A stretch of 64,000 nucleotides of DNA from an uncultured archaeon (GCA_964558645.1 CAZLEV010000008.1:64001-128000), one strand, 5' to 3'. Numbered from the stretch's first letter, positions 52,105 through 62,588 are shown. Numbers and translations are program-made. Notes: a model not told the origin generated them from the letters alone.

Positions 52105-52887
52105 ATGCCCAGAGTGCGAGTTGTTTCCACCGAATTTCAGTCCGAGGGTGAGATGGTCTACGGCGACTTGGTGGTCCCTGTGGGCGATGGACCATTCCCT
52201 GGGATCTGCAAGTTCCACGGTCTCCCGGGCGGAGCTGACCAGGTGAGTGGCTTCGCAACAGATCTTGCCGAAGCAGGCTTTGCTGTCCTCACCTTTGACT
52301 TCCGAGGATTCAGACGGAGCGAGGGAATATTCTCATTGCCCGGCGAGGTCAAAGATGCTCGCAATGCGGTCACCCAACTTCTCAGCTCGGAATATACTGT
52401 GGATGACTGGCTGGGTGTCTATGCCGCAAGTTTCGGAGGACCTGTGGCGATCCTATCGGCGGCACAGGATGAGCGCATCAGTGCAGTCTGTCTGAGAGCC
52501 CCGGTCTACGACCTCCTCTGGTTCGTGGGTGACCCGATGGTTCCTGCAGAGATGAAGCGACTCATCGCTGAGGGATCTGATGTGGTACATGGATTGACAG
52601 AGGAGACAATGAGTCAGATGCATGATCAGATGTTGGAGGATGCCGCAGGGTATGATCTGTTGCAACTCATCTCCCAGATCTCGCCTCGCCCGTTAATGAT
52701 CACAACAGGTCTTCTTGACAGAGGGATCGACGCAAGTGGTGTTCGGCGTCTATTCGAGGCTGCGAAAGAACCCAAGGAGATGCATCTCGTGACCGAGGCT
52801 GATCACACCCTTAGCAATCCCAATGCATACAGAGAAACATCTAGACTTGTTGTTGACTGGTTTCTGAAAGTCTGTCCATACGGGTGA
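52105..52887 (+). CDS. Alpha/beta hydrolase
   Basis: HGLPG, FDFRGFRRSEG, AASFGG nucleophile elbow, D and ADH triad positions. Confidence 0.85.
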   Translation: MPRVRVVSTEFQSEGEMVYGDLVVPVGDGPFPGICKFHGLPGGADQVSGFATDLAEAGFAVLTFDFRGFRRSEGIFSLPGEVKDARNAVTQLLSSEYTVDDWLGVYAASFGGPVAILSAAQDERISAVCLRAPVYDLLWFVGDPMVPAEMKRLIAEGSDVVHGLTEETMSQMHDQMLEDAAGYDLLQLISQISPRPLMITTGLLDRGIDASGVRRLFEAAKEPKEMHLVTEADHTLSNPNAYRETSRLVVDWFLKVCPYG

Positions 52888-52995
52888 CTTTGACCAGAGA
52901 GCGTTACAGTTATATCAGCAGAAAAGACGCTAGTTTGTATCATTCTAAGGCGGGAAGAAAGCTTCAAGGTATCAAGACGAACAGACCTGACGAAC

Positions 52996-53100
52996 GGACT
53001 CAAACGGCAGTCCAGTCTAGAGATAGCGCCCCGGTTCTTGATTCACACAGGTATCTGGTGCAGTCGGGACTAGGCGATATCCGCCAGAAATGATAGGAGT
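52996..53100 (+). promoter_or_regulatory. Structured 5' leader of metG
   Basis: Hairpin GGACT/AGTCC, long hairpin 53022-53081, AGGAG before the GTG start. Confidence 0.4.
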
Positions 53101-55149
53101 GTGACAAGATTGGCCAAATACCCAAGCAAGGAACCAGTACTAGTAACATGTGGACTACCATACGCTAGCGGACCTATGCACATCGGTCATCTCCGAACCT
53201 ACGTGCCAGCCGACGTATTTGTCAGACTCCTGAAGAAGATGCAGACCGAGGTGGTCTTTGTCTGTGGTTCGGACACGCACGGGACACCCATCGTAACGGC
53301 TGCTGAGAAGGCAAATGTGAGCCCGGAGGAGCTCTTCCAGAAATACCACAGACACTATCTCGAGATCTTCCCCAAACTCAACATTATCTTTGACAATTAC
53401 GGCACCACAGATGATCCTGAGAATCACCATCGCACGAAGCAGATTGTGCAGGCACTTCAAGACAAGGGGTACATCTATCCAAAAGAGCTTGAGAGTCCGT
53501 ACTGCGAAAAGTGTGGACGGTCACTCCCTGACAGATTCGTGAGGGGCGAGTGCCCCTACTGCGGGGCAGACGCTAGGGGTGACGAATGCGACCAGGGATG
53601 TGGACGCTATCTGGAGCCAGGTGAGATCCTGAATCCCCGTTGTGCCATCTGTGGTTCGCCAACACGTCCTGTCACAAGAACCCACTACTACTTCCGACTC
53701 ACAGACTTCAAGGGATTTCTTGATCAGTTCCTGAACAACGTTGACGGAACGAAGAACGCCCGAAACTATGCCTTGGGCTGGGTGAGGGAGGGGCTGAAGG
53801 ATTGGTGCATCACCCGCGACCTTGATTGGGGTGTTGAGTTTCCCGGCGATGAAGATCTTACCCTCTACGTCTGGGTTGATGCCCCGATTCACTATATATC
53901 CAGCACCGAGCAGTGGGCAAAGAAGAGGGGTGAACCGGAGGAATGGGAGAGATTTTGGAAGCCCGGAGACGCTCGCATTGTTCACTACATCGGTCAGGAT
54001 ATAGTCTACCATCACTGTATATTCTGGCCGGCTATGCTGAAGGGCAGCGACTACAACCTTCCCGATTCCATCGTGGCGTCAGGAATGGTGAAGATCGAGG
54101 GGCACAATTTCTCTCGAAGTCGAGGATATGTGGTCTGGATAGAGGATGACTACCTGGACCAAGGCCTTAATCCTGACTACCTTCGATATTACATCGTATC
54201 CCACAGCTCTCAGACCAAGGATTTGGACTTTGCATGGGACACATTCCGTGACAAAGTGAACAACGAGCTTGTTGGTACCTTCGGGAACTTCGTCTACCGT
54301 GCACTCCATTTCACAAACAAGAACTTCGGGAAGATTCCCAAGGGTGAAATTGAGGAACAGGTGAAAGAGCGAATTGCATCCACCATCGAGGCAGTGAACT
54401 CTGGCGTCAACGAATACGAGCTGAAGAAGGTCACCGACGCCATCTTGACGCTTGCTACATTTGGAAACGAATACTTCCAAGAGAACAAACCTTGGGAGCT
54501 ATCGCGGCATGACTTGGAGAAGTGTGGTGAGGTGCTTCACAATGCAGTCGCGATTGTCAGAGCTCTGGCGATACTCATCGACCCCATGATGCCAAGTATT
54601 GGTGAGCGTATATGGGCGCAACTCGGAGAAGAGACTGATATCCATGCCGTTCAACTCGAGCAAGCGAAGAGTCCCCTTGAAACAGGTCGAAAGATTCCTA
54701 AACCCGTTCCGGTCATCGACAAGATTGACGATGATCTCTTAGATGACTTGCGCTCCTCTATCGAGGGACGTATAAGAGCTGCAGAGGCAGCCGAGCGAGG
54801 TGATAATAAAGTGACAAAGAGCAATATAGAGTTCGAGGACTTTCAGAAGTTGGACCTCCGTGCAGGTAAGATTCTCGAGTGCGAGAAGGTACCAAAGACC
54901 GACAAACTACTTGAACTCAAGGTGGATATCGGAGATCAAACGCGTACGATAGTCACTGGTCTTGCTGATCAGTACAGACCCGAAGAACTCAAAGGCATTA
55001 CAGCTCTGTTCTTGGTCAACCTTGAGCCCAAGAAGCTTGCTGGCATCGAGAGCCAGGGCATGATAATCGCAGTTGAAAAGGCCGACGAGAAAGGGAAATG
55101 GCTTCCTGTGACCATTGAGGGCGTTCCTCCAGGCAGCAAGGCTGCTTAG
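53101..55149 (+). CDS. metG: Methionyl-tRNA synthetase with C-terminal tRNA-binding domain
   Basis: PYASGPMHIGH, Zn knuckles, YVWVDAP, FSRSRG, C-terminal DLRAG..NLEP..SQGM. Confidence 0.96.
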   Translation: MTRLAKYPSKEPVLVTCGLPYASGPMHIGHLRTYVPADVFVRLLKKMQTEVVFVCGSDTHGTPIVTAAEKANVSPEELFQKYHRHYLEIFPKLNIIFDNYGTTDDPENHHRTKQIVQALQDKGYIYPKELESPYCEKCGRSLPDRFVRGECPYCGADARGDECDQGCGRYLEPGEILNPRCAICGSPTRPVTRTHYYFRLTDFKGFLDQFLNNVDGTKNARNYALGWVREGLKDWCITRDLDWGVEFPGDEDLTLYVWVDAPIHYISSTEQWAKKRGEPEEWERFWKPGDARIVHYIGQDIVYHHCIFWPAMLKGSDYNLPDSIVASGMVKIEGHNFSRSRGYVVWIEDDYLDQGLNPDYLRYYIVSHSSQTKDLDFAWDTFRDKVNNELVGTFGNFVYRALHFTNKNFGKIPKGEIEEQVKERIASTIEAVNSGVNEYELKKVTDAILTLATFGNEYFQENKPWELSRHDLEKCGEVLHNAVAIVRALAILIDPMMPSIGERIWAQLGEETDIHAVQLEQAKSPLETGRKIPKPVPVIDKIDDDLLDDLRSSIEGRIRAAEAAERGDNKVTKSNIEFEDFQKLDLRAGKILECEKVPKTDKLLELKVDIGDQTRTIVTGLADQYRPEELKGITALFLVNLEPKKLAGIESQGMIIAVEKADEKGKWLPVTIEGVPPGSKAA

Positions 55150-55219
55150 ATTAAGAAATTGTCAGGTTTGCAAAGACAAAAAAACGATTCGCGTGCATAT
55201 AATGAAGGCAGGTGCTCCT

Positions 55220-55753
55220 ATGCAACGCAAGCGAATACTAGCGGTGACACTCATAGCAATCCTGACATTCATGATATTTTCTGGATTGTCAACAACGCAG
55301 GTCCAAGCACATACTCCATCAGGGATGACCTTGGGATACGATGCTGAAACGAGTGAGCTACTGGTTTCAGTATCACATAGTGTGGCGGATCCAAGTACGC
55401 ACTACATCGAGACAATCACAATTTTCAACAATGATGTGGAAGTTGATTCGAGAAGCTATACAGACCAAGATTCATCATCGGGTATGAGTGACACTTTCAC
55501 TGTGGATGCCGAGGATGGTGATGTGCTGAAAGCGACCGCCGTTTGCAGCATAAGTGGATCCATTACGCGAGAGATCACTGTGTCAACTACTACAACTACT
55601 ACGACGACAACCACTACAACCACCACGAACTCCACGACCACCACGACCAATGATACCACACCGGATGAGCCCTTTCCAGTTCTTCTGATAGCAGCGGGAA
55701 TCGGCGCTATTATCGTGGCAGCTATCGTTGTTGTTCTCTATAGTAGGAAGTAG
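55220..55753 (+). CDS. Surface-anchored protein with superoxide-reductase/desulfoferrodoxin-like domain, Thr linker and C-terminal TM
   Basis: Signal peptide ..VQA|HTP; SH..DP..HYI; CSISG; poly-Thr; TM. Confidence 0.6.
   Translation: MQRKRILAVTLIAILTFMIFSGLSTTQVQAHTPSGMTLGYDAETSELLVSVSHSVADPSTHYIETITIFNNDVEVDSRSYTDQDSSSGMSDTFTVDAEDGDVLKATAVCSISGSITREITVSTTTTTTTTTTTTTTNSTTTTTNDTTPDEPFPVLLIAAGIGAIIVAAIVVVLYSRK
55583..55660 (+). repeat. Low-complexity ACN codon run (poly-Thr linker)
   Basis: STTTTTTTTTTTTTTNSTTTTTNDTT. Confidence 0.85.
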
Positions 55754-55822
55754 TCACTCAAGAAGTCTAATCAGGACGCCTTGTAGCATGCTGATATAGC
55801 GCGCATTGCCGGTGCTGTTTCA

Positions 55823-56392
55823 TTGAGAATTATCTTCCTGCGACATGCAGAAACTCGTGTTCAACCTGAGATTCAGTCTTCAGAGTGGGCTCTATCTGCA
55901 GAGGGTCGGCTTTCTGCAGGGAAACTGACAGCCACTGGAGTGTTTGGTGATGTTGATGTTATTATTGCCTCTGATGAGAGAAAGGCACTGCAGAGCATCG
56001 AACCGCTCTGTAAGACACTTCAGCTCCAGCCAATTGAAGAGCCGCTGTTCCGGGAGCTTGATCGCGGCACATCCAACTTCTCGAACTCAAGCGAGTACTC
56101 GGCTGTAGTGAAGCAGGCACTAACGAATACTGCTGATTCATTTCACGGCTGGGAGACCGCCCGTTCAGCTCTTGATAGATTTCGGCTGGGAGTCCAGCGT
56201 ATAGAGACTGACTTCGCTGAGAACACAGTCCTTGTTGCCAGCCATGGGATTGTCCTGTCACTCTACTTTGCGGACAAGCTAGGCATGATGGACAGAGTCT
56301 ATGACAGATGGTCTGAGCTGGACTTCCTCGACTACGGGGTTGTGACAGATGGAGTGGTCACGAGAGACTTGGCTGGATATGCCATCTCGTAG
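55823..56392 (+). CDS. Histidine phosphatase superfamily protein
   Basis: LRHAET, S...A.QS, FRE, ASHG. Confidence 0.82.
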   Translation: MRIIFLRHAETRVQPEIQSSEWALSAEGRLSAGKLTATGVFGDVDVIIASDERKALQSIEPLCKTLQLQPIEEPLFRELDRGTSNFSNSSEYSAVVKQALTNTADSFHGWETARSALDRFRLGVQRIETDFAENTVLVASHGIVLSLYFADKLGMMDRVYDRWSELDFLDYGVVTDGVVTRDLAGYAIS

Positions 56393-56482
56393 GCTTCTAA
56401 GTCACGACCGCGAATGGTATGATGTACCTGCCCGCAAAACCCTTTTCTCTGCTCACCCCAATCTCGGGACGGTGTTAACTCG

Positions 56483-56998
56483 ATGGCCAAGAAAGTAGTA
56501 AAGTCAATGATCACTGACTTCAAGAAATTCAAAACTGCGTGGGAGAAAGACGCAGGAGACCCCCATGAGAGCATAATGTACTATCTCATAGCTGCTCTGA
56601 ACGTTGAGAAGGACCCCAAGCTTGCTGATGCCATGATGACTCTGGTGGTTTCGAAGAATGATACAGTGAAGGACTCTGCTTCTCCATCCGGAATGAAGCT
56701 CGGTCGAGGTGCTAAGTATTACGTAGGTCAGTTCAGGAAGAACCCGAACATCGCCAAGTCATATGTTGGAGGCACGTCTGAGAACAACTACAAGATCTCT
56801 AAGGGTGCTCTGAGGATGAACGTTGTGAGAGAGCAACCCATGGACGACAGACTCAAGATATTCATCGATTGTGGCGGCGCCGACTCAGCGCGACCGGTGC
56901 AAGTAGCGAAGAACAAGCACGGTCAATGGAAACTCGTGGAATACAGCTCGCTATGTGTGGGAATCAAGAAGCCTGCATCGGAGAAGGGTGACTTCTAG
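56483..56998 (+). CDS. Conserved hypothetical protein (DUF6935-like)
   Basis: IAKSYVGGT.ENNY, GGADSARPV, W...EYSSLCVG; family name recalled, not verified. Confidence 0.5.
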   Translation: MAKKVVKSMITDFKKFKTAWEKDAGDPHESIMYYLIAALNVEKDPKLADAMMTLVVSKNDTVKDSASPSGMKLGRGAKYYVGQFRKNPNIAKSYVGGTSENNYKISKGALRMNVVREQPMDDRLKIFIDCGGADSARPVQVAKNKHGQWKLVEYSSLCVGIKKPASEKGDF

Positions 56999-57122
56999 TA
57001 ACGGCCGAACACTGTTGAAATAGGTGAATGCTGTTCAGTCTGATGACGGACACATTTGGGCAATCCTGCAACAAATGGTGCCGAGTAGTCAGAAAGCCGC
57101 TGACCCCCTCTTGTCCTTCGTC

Positions 57123-58997
57123 CTATGAAGAATGGGGGCTCATCCGTGTCTTTAGAAGGTACACTATCATCCCGGCGGCCACTAGGATGGCTCCTAGGAC
57201 TGCATAAACCTGCACCATATCCGGACCCTGAAAATCTGATAATGATACACACTCCAGTGTATATACGTCACTGGTGGTTTCGATGCCTGCATAGTCTCTC
57301 GCGATAATCTGGAACGTAACACGTCCGGGCGTATCATGTTTGAGGGTATAGCGGAATCTATACCGTCCGCATTCAATCATTTCAAGATATCCTAAGGACT
57401 CACCGTCGATTGCAAGGTTCAGGTAACATTCACTCACACCACTGGTGGGATTGGTCCATTCTGCGAAGATTGTGTAAGTTTCACCTATCTTAGTTTCTTG
57501 GGGATAGACGATGTCGACTAGTTGAGGTTGTTGAGCATCATCGGGAAAGACTCTCAAAGTCACATTGTCCCCCGGTGCTAAGTCAACCCGAAATCTCACA
57601 AGGTATGCATCTGTTCCGTTGATGGTTTCGACGGGAGTGCCTCCCGAAGTCAAATATCGCTGATTCTCTGATGGAATCTGTACCATGATCTCAACCATTT
57701 GGCCCTCCAGGGAGTAGTTCAGGTTATTGGAGATCTGAATGTAACCTCCAGTGTCAATATCACGAAATAGTCTAGGAGTGCGTTTCAGGCTTACCATGTC
57801 CCAAGGCTGAGACCAGTCCTTTTGTAGAGTCCAGTTCCATGAAACGGGTTTGTGATCTTCAAAATCTATGACTCTGAATCCATGCGAGAGATGATCGGGT
57901 TCTGCGGCTATCTTTGAGACTGGCGCACCGATTGCAGTAGTAAGAATCCACAGTGTCCCGTTCACTCTGTCCACTCGATCATTGTGTAAATGTCCTGTGA
58001 GCACCATATCTACGTCATGCTTATCACAAATGTCAATCAGTTCAAATGCTTCATCGTCATCCAGGTAGTAGTTGGGCGGATTGTTGAGATTGTAGAGAGG
58101 ATGATGAATGCAGAGTATCTTGGTTTCAGCTTCATTTTGAGATAAATCTCGCTCTATCCATTGTATCTGAGTATCGTTCAACCTTTTCCCGTGAGAGTTA
58201 CACATGACCAAGATTATGTCTGGACCAATATTCGCCGTGTAATAGTCTGGCCCAAAGAATGAGGAATAGGTGCTGAAACCCCTTCCATCAGAGTCCACAT
58301 CATGATTACCCGGCCCGACGAAGACTGGGACTTGACTCTGCTTCAAGAAATCGACCGCCCTCTCGAAAGAGTCCGCCGTACCGAAGTCTACTATGTCACC
58401 GCTCAAGACCATGAAATCTGCATTGGTCATGCTGGCCTGATATAGCGCTGATAGCAGCCTATCGTCTCGACTTGAGGGAGAGGACTTGAGGTGTGGATCC
58501 GTGATATGGAAGACACGGAAGTCGTCAGGGAAACTATTTCTGACTTGTATGGCATTGTATTCCATGGCTTCAGTTGTTTGGATCCCGTCGGTTGTACTCA
58601 CGACCAAGTCATAGAGTCCCTTGCTTGCCCCTGAGGGAATAGTTGCATTGATGTTCCAGACGCCTGTCGTGTCATTCCTCTCTGCATTTCCACAAGAAAT
58701 GGAATACTTCTCATACTCTCGGTGAATGGTAAGATTCCACTCCATAAGATTTGATGGTCCCTTGATTTGTACAACTAAAGTCGATCCGTTTAGCACGATA
58801 GCCGGACAAGCCAGTCTGGGCCACATGATTCTTGCTGGTATGACAGACAACGTTTCGATGCTCCCGTTCAGAGGCGTTGTCTGTTCGGTCCTTGTCACGG
58901 TGCTCGGTGACCCTGACAGCGTTGCCATTGAAAGGAGAATTACAAGAAATAGGGTCCATAGACCATGCTTCATCTTATGAGGTTCCATCAGGGACAA
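57123..58997 (-). CDS. Surface-anchored metallophosphoesterase with flanking Ig-like domains
   Basis: TDPH, SGDIVD, GNHD, HHP, GHLH; signal peptide and C-terminal TM. Confidence 0.85.
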   Translation of the reverse strand: MSLMEPHKMKHGLWTLFLVILLSMATLSGSPSTVTRTEQTTPLNGSIETLSVIPARIMWPRLACPAIVLNGSTLVVQIKGPSNLMEWNLTIHREYEKYSISCGNAERNDTTGVWNINATIPSGASKGLYDLVVSTTDGIQTTEAMEYNAIQVRNSFPDDFRVFHITDPHLKSSPSSRDDRLLSALYQASMTNADFMVLSGDIVDFGTADSFERAVDFLKQSQVPVFVGPGNHDVDSDGRGFSTYSSFFGPDYYTANIGPDIILVMCNSHGKRLNDTQIQWIERDLSQNEAETKILCIHHPLYNLNNPPNYYLDDDEAFELIDICDKHDVDMVLTGHLHNDRVDRVNGTLWILTTAIGAPVSKIAAEPDHLSHGFRVIDFEDHKPVSWNWTLQKDWSQPWDMVSLKRTPRLFRDIDTGGYIQISNNLNYSLEGQMVEIMVQIPSENQRYLTSGGTPVETINGTDAYLVRFRVDLAPGDNVTLRVFPDDAQQPQLVDIVYPQETKIGETYTIFAEWTNPTSGVSECYLNLAIDGESLGYLEMIECGRYRFRYTLKHDTPGRVTFQIIARDYAGIETTSDVYTLECVSLSDFQGPDMVQVYAVLGAILVAAGMIVYLLKTRMSPHSS

Positions 58998-59360
58998 CCG
59001 AAATTGAGATGAGAAGCTTCCTTATAGCATTGTCCAACCATCAGTATGGGATTGCCTTCTTGCCCAAGCAAAGGTCGACTGGAACACAGTGGTGGAACAG
59101 CACCAAGCCAATCTACTCGACATCTTCCGAGCCGAGAATGGACTTGAGCCTCTCCTCCGGAGATCTGCCACTCCCTTCTGTGAGAAACCCTTCTTTGACC
59201 CAGAAAGCTTCTCCATTTCTCTTGATAGGCATGGATGCTCTCCTCGTCTGAAACACCTAGAGCTTCATCGAGTGGTTCTTTGTCGTTGTAGAGTGTTATC
59301 GTCCGACCACGTGTATTCTCAGAAGGAAGACCGGCTCGCATGCCAGGACTGATGAAATAC

Positions 59361-59543
59361 CTATACAGTCTGGTCATCTCGCGGATTGAGAACCACAGCG
59401 GCAGCTTCGCCGGGGCTCCTAGCCGCATCGAAGTTCCAATCAAGGAGACCTATGTCAATCGGTCTTAGTGCTCTTCGGAAGTCTTCCCATCGCGCTTCCT
59501 CGATTCGCACTGCATCACGAACTGTTCCTGCTGTTGTTCCCAT
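59361..59543 (-). pseudogene. Truncated homolog of the small protein of archaeal PolB2 operons
   Basis: MGTTAGTVRDAVRIEEARWEDFRRALR...FDAAR...A matches the MGRT...W..FRRALR..D...F..AR pattern but stops early. Confidence 0.45.
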
Positions 59544-59724
59544 GAGTTCTACACGCTCCACAGATTGTCGGATGAAGACGGGTTTAGCTCTGACTATCAG
59601 CAGAACCCATGCTATGCTCATCCAAAAATGCCAAATAACTGTCAATGTTGTTGTGTTCCAGAAGACCATCCCAAGCGCTTATCATCTATGTTCACATAGA
59701 AATCGACTTTAGTCCTCTGCTTTC

Positions 59725-60993
59725 TTGTCGTTTTGGTGCTTGAGTTTGCACGTGGAACACCTTGACATTGATTTTGAAATTCGCCCTGATGATTCGTATG
59801 TTCAGGTCGAAGGAGATGTCACCGTCCGGGGCCTCGGAGAAAGCTTCTCCTTTCTCTTGAATCCGTGTCTTGAAATTGATTCCATTCAAGTCTATCGTGG
59901 TGATTCGTTAGAGAGGATTGAAGCTGTGGAACAGAGGCCCCCTCAAGATGTCTTCATTCCCAGTAGCTACTACAGGATTGAACTCCCTGAGGATATGCAG
60001 AACAGCGAAGAGCTAACATTCCGTTTCAAGTATAGAGGGAGAATCTTCAGGTACTCTTTCAATACAAGTCGAATTCAGTCAGACTATGTGGAGCTGGCAA
60101 TCTACTCCATCTGGTACCCCTTTTGCAGTTTCAGAGACCGACCTTCATTCGAGGTACGACTCCGAGGGCCAGCGAATTGGACTTGGATCATGAATGCAGA
60201 CAAGGTCGACGACAATCCTCTGACATGGAGGTCTGATGACAACCGGACTGACCTCACTCTTCACGGCCGGCCAATTAACAGTGCGATTCACCCAGAGGAG
60301 AGCGAGCTCTTCTGGGGATCCCCGACCAATCTTGATCTCTATAAGCCGCTCGAAGCCAAGTTCTCTGAGATTCAGGGCCAACTCATTAATTGGCTTGGCG
60401 AACCTGAAACGAAAGAGCTACAGATCATTCTTGTTCCTAGAGACTTCGGAGGAGGATATGCACGACACGGATTGATTGTGATACAGGAGAACACCGTGAC
60501 GGAGATCGAGAGCGAAGTTTCAATCATGTCGTATTGGGGTCACGAGTTCGCCCATTCTTGGTTCAAACGGACTACTGTTGAAGATTATCACAACTGGGTG
60601 GACGAGGCACTAGCCACGTATGCTTCCCTGCTAGCCATAGAAGAAGTCTATGGTCCCGAGGCAGCTCAAGAGCGCATCGAAAAGATGCGGAAACGGATTG
60701 AGGAACACGAAGAGCTTCCATCAATCAAATCCATTGAACGGAGTCATCCCCACGCGCAACTGGTATACTACGTATACGGCACACTGATCATGCATCAGAT
60801 TCGAGAAGAGATTGGCAAAGACACCATGATTGATGTGCTCCACAACTTCGCCCAGAAGTGCCTGGAAAAGAAACAGATCGTCACTAAGGACTTGATTGGC
60901 TCACTCAATGAAATGACTGGTCGTCACTGGGACCAGCACATGGAGGAACGCCTTACTGCTCCACCATCTGCTCTATCGTCAATCTCAGGTTGA
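59725..60993 (+). CDS. M1-family (gluzincin) aminopeptidase-like protein
   Basis: GHEFAHSWF...WVDEALATY, Y..G motif, WYP. Confidence 0.85.
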   Translation: MSFWCLSLHVEHLDIDFEIRPDDSYVQVEGDVTVRGLGESFSFLLNPCLEIDSIQVYRGDSLERIEAVEQRPPQDVFIPSSYYRIELPEDMQNSEELTFRFKYRGRIFRYSFNTSRIQSDYVELAIYSIWYPFCSFRDRPSFEVRLRGPANWTWIMNADKVDDNPLTWRSDDNRTDLTLHGRPINSAIHPEESELFWGSPTNLDLYKPLEAKFSEIQGQLINWLGEPETKELQIILVPRDFGGGYARHGLIVIQENTVTEIESEVSIMSYWGHEFAHSWFKRTTVEDYHNWVDEALATYASLLAIEEVYGPEAAQERIEKMRKRIEEHEELPSIKSIERSHPHAQLVYYVYGTLIMHQIREEIGKDTMIDVLHNFAQKCLEKKQIVTKDLIGSLNEMTGRHWDQHMEERLTAPPSALSSISG

Positions 60994-61052
60994 ACTCAAG
61001 ATCAGACCGCAGCTTGATAAGCCACAAAGTGTATGTCTGTCCAGTGGGAAGC

Positions 61053-62285
61053 ATGACTGTCCGCGTTGTACCATTCTTCTCTGCGATAACACCTGCGCAA
61101 GTAAAGGAGCAGATGCTCTCTGCTATTCGTGCTACGGGCGTTGACGTATTCAATCCTGAATCGGTGTTCGATGAGGGTGCAAAGAAGATTGGCGTAGGCA
61201 CACACTCCTCGCTTACGTATCTCTTGATAGGTACAGGTGGAACCGAGCAGCTTGTTGCGGAGTACGTTGAAAAGACACACATCACTCCTCCCATTCATCT
61301 CCTTGCTCATGAGGGTAGCAATTCCCTGCCCGCAGCAATGGAGATCCGTGCATATCTTGAGTCCCAGAACACGAATTCGGTCATAATACACGATGAGTTC
61401 GAGCCATTGTGTAAGAGGATGGAAGAGTGGGTAGAATTCGACAGGATTCTCCAGAAGCTGAGGAGTTCACGAATTGGAGTAATAGGGAGTGTTTCAGAAT
61501 GGCTGATTGCATCGAACATCGATGTCAGTGATGTGAAACGAAACTGGGGCATCACGATTGAGCAGATTCCCTTTGAAACTCTGACGAATCAAATGGAAGC
61601 TCAAGATGTGTCTGCTCTTGCTCAGGGGCTTGCGGATGCTGCAGACCTAGTCGCTGTACCGTACAGCGAAGTTGAGAGAGCGGCACAGGTCGCAGCCAAG
61701 ATGCAGCAAATCGTGGCAGATAGCGAACTTGATGCTGTTACGTTGGAATGCTTCAGGCTCGTGGGGACTACTCAGGTGACCGGTTGTTATGCGTTGGCCC
61801 TTCTCAATTCGAGAGGTTTGGTTGCAGGGTGTGAGGGCGACCTTCCGACCACTTTCACCATGTACTTGTCAAGGCTACTGACAGGCAGTTCTTCGTTCAT
61901 GGCAAATGTGATTTCTGTGGATCAGGATCGGGGGACTGTGGATCTGGCCCACTGTACAGTACCTCTCGACTTGGTCTTGTCTTATGACATAATGAGCCAC
62001 TACGAAACTGACAAGAGCGTGGGTATCAGAGGGAGGATGGAGGAGGGACCTGTGACATTGGTGAAGGTTCATGGTCCGGGTCTAGAGCGATACTGGGTAT
62101 CTTCTGGGCGCATGATTGGTAATCTGTCGGACGATAATGCCTGCAGGACCCAGATTCGTGTGAAACTCGATGGCAGTGTTGACTATTTCTTGAATGCATC
62201 TCTGGCTAATCATCATGTGGTTATTCCCGGAGACCATGAACAGAGATTCAGACGATTCTTTGGGTTCAGCGCCGGGGCAACGTGA
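61053..62285 (+). CDS. L-fucose/L-arabinose isomerase-like protein
   Basis: NSLPAAMEI, CEGD, AHCT, CRTQ, NHH. Confidence 0.75.
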   Translation: MTVRVVPFFSAITPAQVKEQMLSAIRATGVDVFNPESVFDEGAKKIGVGTHSSLTYLLIGTGGTEQLVAEYVEKTHITPPIHLLAHEGSNSLPAAMEIRAYLESQNTNSVIIHDEFEPLCKRMEEWVEFDRILQKLRSSRIGVIGSVSEWLIASNIDVSDVKRNWGITIEQIPFETLTNQMEAQDVSALAQGLADAADLVAVPYSEVERAAQVAAKMQQIVADSELDAVTLECFRLVGTTQVTGCYALALLNSRGLVAGCEGDLPTTFTMYLSRLLTGSSSFMANVISVDQDRGTVDLAHCTVPLDLVLSYDIMSHYETDKSVGIRGRMEEGPVTLVKVHGPGLERYWVSSGRMIGNLSDDNACRTQIRVKLDGSVDYFLNASLANHHVVIPGDHEQRFRRFFGFSAGAT

Positions 62286-62588
62286 TTTGCCACCAGCATG
62301 TAAAACGCGCGTAACACTGTCGATTTTTCGAAAACATGATGAGGCAAACGCGACTGGTCAACGCCTCTAAACCCTCATAGTGGCAGGTTCCTCTGCCCAT
62401 AACTCTGCGAATAGCCTATTCAGTGTGGTGGTTCTTCCCTCTGCAGTTTGAAGTTGTTAGAAGTGAGTACTTGTTTGCTCTTGAACATGGAGATATACAC
62501 TCAGACAGTATATTAGGGAAATCTACCGAGATATGTGTACTAGGCCGACCCTGTCGTTCTGGTAGTTGTCCGCCGGGAGGACACTTGC

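Noticed and set aside
57040-57095. Hammerhead ribozyme or SECIS element (CTGATGA plus stem)
   Set aside because: GAAA does not directly follow the stem, and neither flanking gene has an in-frame TGA.
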